A stretch of DNA of 20,000 bases from an uncultured virus (IMG/VR IMGVR_UViG_3300023119_001136). Lineage: Duplodnaviria; Heunggongvirae; Uroviricota; Caudoviricetes. The stretch is taken from the IMG/VR virus record IMGVR_UViG_3300023119_001136, positions 54,084 through 74,083 of that record. One strand, 5' to 3'. Below the pieces are notes generated by a model. It searched no databases. It worked only from the letters and a program-made list of their open reading frames with translations, and had not been told where the DNA came from. Shown in pieces: positions 9,601 to 16,400 of the stretch (positions are counted from its first letter, which is position 1; each line of letters opens with the position of its first letter). The position numbers and the translations under genes are program-made.

Positions 9601-10388
9601 GTAAATTCACCAAAGTAACAAGCGTTACGAACACGGAGAATATCTTGGTTTGCATTTGCAGGACGAATAATACAACCACGCAAACCGTCACCTTTGATAA
9701 CTGTGTTATCTGGAACAATAACCGGGTTTTGTTCCTCGTAATCACCTACAGCAATTTTAACGTTTACACGTATACCATTTGTTGTACCATCAGGATTATA
9801 AACTAAACCAGAAGCAATTTGACATGCACGTTTAATTGTTCTTACAGGTTTGTTCAGGCCATCATTAGAATCATTACCACGTTCTGCAGACACATACACA
9901 ACGTTACCACCATAAACATCTGGGTTTTCAAATGCTAAAGAACCATCACCTGTTAGACGTAAAACCTGTCCATCGATACCATTTTCTGTTGGTAAAACAA
10001 TATCATATGAACTAGGAAGAGTAGTCGGTGCTTTTATGTTAATACTATCAAGACCTGATGCAGTTGCTTCTCTCATCTTCAATGCCTTAGCATTGTCGAT
10101 AGTAACATCGTCTAGAAATTCCATATCGCTGATAGAAGCAATAAATTTCTTTTCACCGTCGACTGTCATATCAATAGTACCAGATGTACTATCATCAGGT
10201 TCGTTAACTGCTAGTTCTGTATCTTTGGAAAAAATTCTTCTTGTAATGTCTTGAACAGTATTGTCATCTCTAAGCAGGAAAACTTTACCGTCTGCTGTGT
10301 TAATTGCTAGTTCGCCGCTCTCTAATTGTGAAACTATAGGTTTCTTGTCAGCGACCGCACTTCGCTTGTGTCTAATTTTGGTTGCCAT
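285..10388 (-). CDS. 3367-aa giant tail-fibre/virion structural protein. Domains: Mtd_N-like N-terminus, pectin-lyase-like beta-helix, one CxRD helical domain, FCCH-like beta modules, YadA-head-like repeats, fibre repeats, C-terminal peptidase S74 intramolecular chaperone
   Basis: Uninterrupted 10.1-kb ORF with an AGGAG SD. N-terminus KIRHKRS...P...LESGELAINTADGKVF. YVS..GNDSNDG..P.RTIKRA and GDY.EQNP..V..KGDGLR beta-helix entry motifs. NTAIG/NVAIG/NVIIG repeats. ADTLDGIDSTQFLRSD and KVWHAGNDGAGSGLDAD fibre motifs. YYSDERLK...VGVSAQEVQKVLPEAV...VKYERMVPLLIEAVKE followed by a coiled coil. Confidence 0.9.
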   Translation of the reverse strand: MATKIRHKRSAVADKKPIVSQLESGELAINTADGKVFLLRDDNTVQDITRRIFSKDTELAVNEPDDSTSGTIDMTVDGEKKFIASISDMEFLDDVTIDNAKALKMREATASGLDSINIKAPTTLPSSYDIVLPTENGIDGQVLRLTGDGSLAFENPDVYGGNVVYVSAERGNDSNDGLNKPVRTIKRACQIASGLVYNPDGTTNGIRVNVKIAVGDYEEQNPVIVPDNTVIKGDGLRGCIIRPANANQDILRVRNACYFGEFTFRDKVDANFVPLWTGDYCVAFDDPSDATVDRVGYTNLPDTAPFITTSPYVQNCSILSFLGLNGAKIDGAKIVSPNIGLIPIEQENPVIGATPEQGKSMVANAFTMLSFGGTGWRLLNDAYAQIVSCFQIFLLNGVYTQSGGYCSITNSATNFGLYALRSSGYSPKAFVFDRAYVTATGQSEGLQTISIVGLNRTAPVEEFVLRFRDPEYKIAYDLIQGETQNIIDDTITYITNSVAAATPGDIWYLFNYDEAKCRRDLSIILDAVSRDTWATANALTRQAALAYYSQRIADSSNITISGQEEQTIDAIEEASRLTGIVLTDLDSEPRAYVDELFDLIKDAISDPDSIPASFDVSSEGEITNQFKDPPDEVLINGGSGVSEVTNIFTKTSHGLVNGEQVVYSANGNPPIQGLDEEQTYYVKLINLNEFSLTFDDSLEFDVNIIATSSGTHKFLTNIKEFFVKEVISSHTTYQKLILPSGSEGYAFVPGRQITATTGAANNRAIVYSWTPNLRELVVSIEEVAVGESTQRVQFSNLSIIDDDHTPSPFSNIGVNEVQPFNGYSTATFTIEPTVAGELLTNLVALPEKAIWLHRPSIVNSSSHTWEFAGSGTDYNALPQNGGNTRTEFEQFEELPGRCYSSGTNELGDFKVGDFITAFNRTGNITFRNKVQVDELDALRLSLSNVAIEEISTSVNLGDDEIGGPSDARLSTQLATRSFLSNRLGGFIDKSVSTAAVPGAIVQLNTNGQLNPDLIPATRQFTSTNTDGYLSRLTQVDEIPAIDLKAGDIGTEEYDQIELTFSSPISATDGDLITQPTTGAVGYAKGDYASSTNLLVASLDNQFKPGEDSTGTDFDTTNNIFIAGVDSGQAPLTLGAVSEITDNFFLKSSNSSQYLVLDSSGAPFNFTVETITDVERTSNVATITTSGNHNLSIGNNVEVECDDTLYNVNGLVTSVPSSTTFTIANTGSNEGSKSATGTVRTIVTSADGNAQGAVTETRYGICTNVDNANITGGSGYTPTLGTLVYEMVDLQAKTGVGTGAKADVTVTAGQISDVDLRRGGTGYAVGDLLELNASDVGGTGSGFEIEIAAIEDRAYVNILGGELYVASASSIDFIEDNDAVSSKINITLDDSIVNQFLAGTTGGGGNVDYTLDRITMTAHGYTDGDPIRYNTLGNVAIGGLLNGSVYYAKRIDADTIEVYEDFSLLNQIEFLTTPANNAHQWTRFNVNIYDNSIIVPNHGLTTGDAIRIEEEDDGSSGTGLFSINGVQVVSGARFFIGSVTTNSVTLHTLRSDALSSINGLVTNASDITATGTGDAEVIPNNVQVNVVINTSSRLKANWNTLAVTNIDASNIISGTISPSRLGASGIASSDTFLRGDSAYAVAVQTLTKASTTDNPITLTGPNTSGDYYGAVDIGISNADYDPGGTYSTLGTSRFFQAQFDVDAAGSGQVFIKDGVVDAGTLDGLDSSYFLNPANLTSNVPVNRGGTNLSTYADGDLIYAQTSGTLNSLNIGREGNILVVDGGYPVWGDAVDIIDSLDIGAADTGSKSTATGKVYNENLTTVEISGEADVTRIGASTTTRAITSFIDGYDAATSQVVAVNLNGFSRTTNENVNNTDDFIPLSSTATIEVGMVVTGSASIQANTVVSGVADDVVYIDKPTVGTIPTTTSLTFTYTPEVLGIRAGDFVTIASSGVASLDGTWPVLGATINATSFTVQTELNVTVSSSGGVAGSAEINNKLIVKHQKVIFGDAEASATPADVEIHGAAGIGTDIGGGEIKIIGGLGTGAGTGGDFVVETGTVTTTSDFIQSPTERLRIDTSGVLTYTGYAVFTTSTGLKIPVGTSAQRPGETGVSTAAAQGQIRYNTSDSTFEGYDGSNWGSLGGVKDVDQDTKIEAESSAGADNDELDFYTAGTQRMQVASTGNLLFGDGLNKFTIDFTTGDTTIDGNLTVNGTTVTLNTTTLDVEDLNITVAKGAANAAAADGAGLTVDAANATWTYDATNTSWDSSEDINLVSGKAYYINDVSVLNSTTLGANIVNSSLTVVGTLNTGAISSGFGNINIGSSNLTATGTVSLGATSFNDNNITNVGTISLDTIQKDAGTGINFATSTIVTVSDTTESTLATDGALVVAGGVGIAKKLRVGGIIYGDGSGLTNLNASQLLSGTIPDAVLPTSQSGKTFTSDITVNGHLIGEGGGSSATNFFAGGGAAVTTGIDSVGVGDGVFGAVLTGNQNTGVGKDALALATASANNTAMGAYTLSQIDAATGGNTAIGAESMQNSITANANVAIGYKALEIANASNNVIIGYGAGATITTGSNNIVIGKDAAPTANTTNNEITLGNASHANVRIPGVGLTVNTTTLSFSGTTGFAGVGSSLTALNASQLTSGTVPDGRISSSSVTQHETDIDAVGTLNAGAISSGFGNINIGTSTFTGNGSGLTTLNASNLSSGTVAGARLGGNQSMSGIKTFSNTTQASSTTTGAVKVSGGVGIAKNLHVGGTITGNGSGLTSLNASNLSSGTVPNARISGSYTSITGTGALNAGQITSGFGNINIGTSTFTGNGSGLTNVSADTLDGIDSTQFLRSDANDTASGVISLVGSGAQRLVIRNTTNAGGARIDFTDHASNTQYGRLNFEHSDGASVGSGYGASFKFQTTEPNLMVAIDGPGDFYVNGNKVWHAGNDGAGSGLDADTVDGQDIGDFVNGAGVDNGATTIKVNDADFIVQDTTDGTTNYIWRDHSANTLYLGTGNAVPTLRSTLNMNSNNITNGGTISGTFSGNGASITSINAGNITSGTFPDRFSPSTRYNIGLIDGYGGNSYDKLRVWSSSSYTIGMISAQSYGWLNDYAMTFTMNADNDRGFLWRDTSDAASDGAMSLTTAGNLMVKNVIGIGGNTSNYIAPANGQNYGTFRAEGVYGTSGSYAGWSIRDDWVFMSNGAGAYGIYNDTNNEWSLYGQQNSYTYIYYNGAWKARAQNEGWYVNGQLLATSEVTAYYSDERLKTFTGKLEGALDKVKALNGYLYVENETAKKYGYNNDNTQVGVSAQEVQKVLPEAVVAAPFDLDEDGNSKSGEDYLTVKYERMVPLLIEAVKEADDKIEAQAAEIAELKAMVQKLIEKN
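1939..2366. repeat. Intragenic near-identical direct repeats: 50 bp at 1939-1988 and 2317-2366 (1 mismatch); 31 bp at 2071-2101 and 2278-2308 (1 mismatch)
   Basis: They encode the repeated peptides FGNINIGTSTFTGNGSG and LNASNLSSGT. A more diverged GAISSGFGNINIG copy lies near 3437-3480. Confidence 0.9.
2650..2990 (-). repeat. YadA/trimeric-autotransporter-head-like ~14-aa repeats within the giant fibre
   Basis: SVGVG, NTGVG, NTAMG, NTAIG, NVAIG, NVIIG, NIVIG occur at about 13-15 aa periodicity. Confidence 0.7.
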
Positions 10389-10460
10389 AAGGCTTATCTC
10401 CTATCAAGGTACGGGTCAGGTCTATATAGACGCCCATGTTAACGCAATAGAAATTGCTAA

Positions 10461-10471
10461 AAGTATTTATC
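10461..10471 (-). promoter_or_regulatory. T4-like late-promoter motif GATAAATACTT upstream of the 3367-aa gene
   Basis: ATAAATA core (T4 gp55 consensus is TATAAATA). An identical 11-mer lies at 19694-19704. Both copies are intergenic and upstream of structural genes on the coding strand. Confidence 0.75.
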
Positions 10472-10494
10472 AAGGAAATTAATAGTGGTAGTTT

Positions 10495-13400
10495 TTAGAA
10501 AGTACCACCATCTATAGTATCTGTCCAAACTGGTGTAGCATCTGCGTCACTAGTTACTGTAAGTATTTGGAAACTGTTGCTTGCGTCTGCTGTGCCTGCG
10601 GCATCAGTAACTTGTACAGGATCTGCTGTGTTTCCATATAGTATACCGTTTTCAGTAAATGTGCTTGCTCCAGTACCACCATATTGTACTTCAAGATCAC
10701 TAGTTAAAATAAGCGTTCCGATGTCAGCGTTTACAACAGTTATTTTATTATTAACTGCATCAATAATTTCAGTACTATCGTCTGCAAAAATACTACCAGT
10801 AAATCCTGCCGCATCAAGTATACCATCTACAACTAAGTTTGTTGTAAATGTTGAATTTAGTTCGCTGATTCTAAATTTTTCAGTTAGCAATCCATTATGC
10901 ATGGTGCTAATAATCATATCAAAGTCTTCACCACCGCCTGTTACATCTGTGCTAACAACATCAACTTGTGCTGCTGTTTCAAAGTTGTTTAGGAATGTTT
11001 CTAACTCGAACTTCATACCAGTACCAGCACCAGAAGTAATTGCACCAGTGGTAGTATGGTGTGCAAGTGTTAACGGATATACAATATCATCTGCTGCGCT
11101 ATCAGGTGCATCTGTAATAAGTCTAATTGTATCTGGAGCATAAACAGTTTCGCCTCTAATTGTAAGTGTGCTTGTTCCTAAATGACCAATTTGAATATCA
11201 CCGCCTATTGTGCCACCGACATATAAGTTGCCACCTATACCCATGCCGCCTGTAACAACAACTGCTCCGCTTTCAGTACTTCTTGATTGTGTATCACTGT
11301 TAATTGTAATATCAACAGACTCGTCAACATCCAATTCACTTGCATTCAAATACATTCTCTTTGAACCGTCGGCGTAAAATTCTAACGTATCTTCGTCTGT
11401 TCCTGGGCCAGTTTCTGGTCTAATAAATGTATCTTGGTCAGCATCAATAGTACCAACTAATGAACTCCAGTTTACACCATTGTAGCCTTCATAAAACTGT
11501 AAGTCTGTATTAAAGCGTACTTGACCAATTACTGGTACAGACGGACGAGCACTTGTGTCTCCTACCGGAACTTGAATACTCTTGTCACTATCAATAATAA
11601 CAAAGTCGTTGTTAATCGTCAAAGTACCAGTATCTGCACCAATAACAATTGTAGTCGCTTCGCCCATTGCATTAACTGTTGTTACTGTTGTGTTTAGTAA
11701 GTTTACAGTTAATGAATCAGTTGTAACATTGGTAGTAGGATTTTCTCCTAATTTGATATCATCTTTAACAACTAGGCTGTTATTAATAGTTGTTGTACCA
11801 ATCAAATCACCAATGTTAATGTTTGCAGCGCCGCCCGCAAAGTTAACGGTATTAGCATTATCGTTAACTAGATTAAACTCACTTGCAGTAGTTGTCAAGT
11901 CTCCGCCATCGACTGCAATGTCTAGTTCAAAAGTAACATCGCCTTCAACTGTGCCACCCGTGATTTTATTTAGATAGTTGTTGCTTAGGAATTGTACCAC
12001 AGCATTTTGTGTAGGTACAGTATTAATATCTGCTGTACCTGTACTTGCTATAAGATTTGTATTGTCACTAACTTCTTTTAATTCAACACCAACTGGAATA
12101 CCAAATCTTTGGAAAGGACCAATGCTTGCAATACCTGTTAAATCAATTTGGTTAGCATTAAGTGTAATAGCACCTGTAAGTGCGTTAACTGCAAAGAAAT
12201 TACCAACTCTAAAGTTACCAATTTGGTCAACAGTACCACCTGCAAACACTTTACCAGTATTAGACTCGACAATTTCGTTTTCAGCAATCGGTGAACCGCC
12301 AAAGAATGGAAGTGCGTTATAGGTAATACCTGCACCAACATATTCAAATGCATGACCTGAAGTTGACACAGTACTTACACGCTGCATGTTACCTAGTGTT
12401 CCCTTTGTTACTGATAGAACACCTGGGAATAATGTAAGTTCTGCAACACCACCATATTCTAAGTTTAATAATCTAATTGCTTCATCTTCAATGTCTTGTG
12501 CTTTAAACATGATCAATTGTCTGTCAGCATAGTCTGCCATAGATGCTAAACCTGCATAATTATGATCTTGTTCAATAGGAAGATATACTGTGTTTCCTGT
12601 TTCAGCAATTACAGTAGTTTCAATAACTTCGGCAATTTTAGATACAAGCGTTTTTAGAATCAATCCTGCTGCTGCACTACCATTTGTACCATCTGTTTCT
12701 TGTAGTAATGTAGGTGTACCACTAGGTGTAATATCTATGTTTTGTGCAACATCGCTTAAAACTCTTGCTAGATGCTTATATGTAAATTCGGTAATATCTT
12801 GTTGGTCTGCATTACCTTCTGATGCTGCACTTAAAATTGTGCCGCTGTAATAAGCTTCTGCTGCTCTGCGAGTTTGTTTGTTACCACCATACATCATATC
12901 ATAAACTGCTGCATCAATAATGTAGTTTGTATCTCTTTTACACTTTTCTACATTATATCTAAAGCCAATGATATTTTGAGTAATATAATCAATTACTTGC
13001 TGCTGATATGTTGTGCTATTTGTAAGGACATTATCTGCTGCTTCTACAAGACTGCTACTGATCCAACTGTAATCTGGATCAGTATTTTGAGGAGTAGTAC
13101 CTAGTCCTAAACTGTCTGTAATAGCAAGGATTAAAATATTATAAAGATCATTTGCAACTTCACTTTCTGTTGAAGTGCCAAATGTTCCGCTTAAATCTTG
13201 TGTTTCACCGTTTCCAGGTTGTACAGCAATTGGAACACCTTCAATGATACTAACACTAATATCTCTCAAGTGTTCAATAGCATCAGCAGTTTGAAACTCT
13301 TGTCCAACAATAGTAGAAACACCGTCATCAAAATATGCTCTAGTGCTTACTAGTATACTTCTGTTTCCGCCGTATAGCATATCATGTGACACACTGTCAA

Positions 13401-16400
13401 TAATGTATTCACTGTCTCTACGACATTTTGCTTCGTCGTAACTCAAACCATTTAAACTTGTGTTAATATAATCAATTACACTTTGTACAAGATCTGATTG
13501 AGAACTGTCGCCGCTTGCTAAAATTAAATCTCTTGAGTTTGTTAAGTTAGAAGCAACCCAAGTTAAATCGGGCTCATAAAGAGATGGAAGATTTTCTGTG
13601 CTTTCTTCTTGTAACACATCAACAATATAAGTTACTAAGCCTGCCAATTCATCCATTTCTGCTGAACTTGCTGGATTACCTGTAAGCGTTTGTCCTGCTC
13701 TGTTTTCTATAATTATATCGTCAGCAATATCAATTAATTGTTGGTATGCAGCAATTGTTTCGTCTTTTTGTGATGCAGGAATTTGCGATGCAGTTCCTTC
13801 AAAATACGCTAATGCTGCTGTTCTTGTTGCAAAGTTTGTACCGTATTGTATGTCATGCGATACAGCATCAATGATATATCCTGTGTCTCTTTCGCACTTT
13901 GCTTGATCGTAAACTAAAGTTGGGAAACTTAAATTGATCCAAGCAATTAATTCACTAATAATGAACGTTCTGTTACTTTGTAATAGTGTTCTAGCATATG
14001 CTTTATTAACATCTGATCCAGGATCAGTAAATGTTAATGGATCAGCACTAAGGACACCATTTTGTAAAATATCAATAATTTCATCAAACAAGTCATTACA
14101 TGCTGTTACGCTTGCACTATCTGCCGCAACAAGTGTTGCTACTTCTGTTCTTAGATATGTGATTGCTGCAACAGTTTCTGTTAATTGATCACTGATTACT
14201 AAAGAAGCATTTGCATTATAATATGCCAGTCCTGCTTGTACACTGTTATAATTTGTACCTAGAACTAAGTCATAAGTTACAGCATCTAGAATTAAAGCAG
14301 TATCTCTTGCACATTTTGCACTGTCATAAACAAAATAGTTGTTAGCAATATACTTAATTGTATCTTCAACTAGGAAATCTCTGTTTGCTTGTAATAATCT
14401 ATTTGCATCAATTAATTCTTGGCTTGCAGGTGTTGGTGCAGGGAATGTTCTACCTTCACTAGGCAATGCAGTTTGTGCGCCAAAGCCGCCATCTGGAACA
14501 GTAGTTAAGGTTTGATCTGCAAATTCGATTAAGTTTAGAATAATATCAAATCTGTCATTTACTCTTTCAACTGCAACACTGCTACCTGCTGCGCCTGCTG
14601 CTGCTAGTGTTTTTAAATATCTAATTGAAATAATAGTTGCAGGTTTTTGTGCAACATCAAAATATGTTGCTGTTGCTCTTTGATATGCTTGTCCTGCTTG
14701 AATACTATTGTGATTTGTGCCTAGTTTAACATCTCTTACAACAGCATCTAAAATAAGTTCTACATCTCTTTTACACTTTGTTCTATCATATGTAAAGTTT
14801 GGATATGTTGTAAGCAAATAACTTGTAATATTAGTTGCAAAATTATCTTGTGCTGCAAACAATGAACTTCTTGCTGCTTGCACATCTGCTGCTGCCCAAA
14901 TAACACTTGGATATTGTACTTCAGGTAAGTTTGTCAATGCACCTGTGTTAATTACTTCAATAATAATATCAATATAATCGTCTGCACGTTCTGCTTCAAC
15001 ACCTGTTGCATTTGCTGCTGATGTATCTTGTACTAACAAGTTACCAGTAGATCTAAATACTGGATCTCCTTGCAAAATCTGTGTTGTAATTTCTTTTAAT
15101 CTGCCATATGCTGCAATAGTAGCAGTAGTTTCGTCTGCTCCTAATTGACTTGCTGTTCCTACAAAATACGCTTGTGCTACGTCCCTAGTTGCATAGTTAC
15201 CGCCATATAAGATATCGTAAACTAATCCGTCAACAATGTGACCTACATCTTTATAACATGCATCTTGATCATAATCTAATGAAGGATAGTTTTCGTCTAC
15301 CCATTTAACTATTTCTTCTTGAATAAAGTCTTTGTTGTTAACAAGTTGATCTCTTGCATTTTCTCTTGCTGCAATAACACCCGTCGGTGAAGGATATGTG
15401 TAATCGTCTGCACTTGTGCTATCACCTCTCGAAAGGATTTCGATAATCTCATCCATTGCATTGTTTACTCTGCTTGTAGCAGTTGAACTTGCTACAACAT
15501 TAGGTAAAGCAAGCATTAGTGTTTTTAGATATTGGTATGCTGCAATAGTTTGTACTTTTTGTTTTTGGTATACAACACTTGCATTTGCACGAGCATATGC
15601 TCTACCTGCTGTAACACTTGAATAGTTTGTTCCTAAAGCAGTATCATATGCAACCGCAGTTGTAATTTGCCTAACATCTCTTTCGCACTTATCTTGATCA
15701 TATGAAAGATCTGTAAATTGGTCTGAAATATAATTTACAACTTCGTCAATAATAAAGTCTTTATTTTGAACAATATTATCTTTTGCAGCAATTACACCGC
15801 TGTCAATATTTGTAAGTTCGTTATAAACTACATCCGGTACCGCAGTACTATCGCCTTGTGTAATTGTATTTGTAATAATTGCAAAGTTTTCAATTATGTT
15901 ATATCTATAGTCTATGTTAGCAGGATCTGTATCAGGAACACATTTTAGCATTTCGTCTCTTGCTGCTTCAATACCATATATTGTAGGTGCTAACTGTTGG
16001 TTAAGAACTTTTTGTGATGTTGCACGAAGATAACTTCTGCCTGCATTAATACTTTGATAGTTTGTGCCAAGTGCAGAATCTCCTGATACTGCATCAATAA
16101 TTCTTTGTATATCTCTTCTACAAATTGTTTCATCATAAATGAATGGTCGTGTTGTAATTTCAGATGAAGTTACATAATATCTTGTTTCATCGCCTTCAAA
16201 CGTTATAATAGAACCTGTCTGTGGAATATCACGTAAACTATCTACTTCAACTATTCTGTTTGTAATTAAGTTTACAGTACCTGTTGCAGGAACACTAAAC
16301 CCACCGCCTGTAAATGTAATGTTAGGTATAAAATCATATCCACTACCCTGATTACTAATACTTACAGCAACAACTTTACCTGTTGCAGGATCAATACTTG

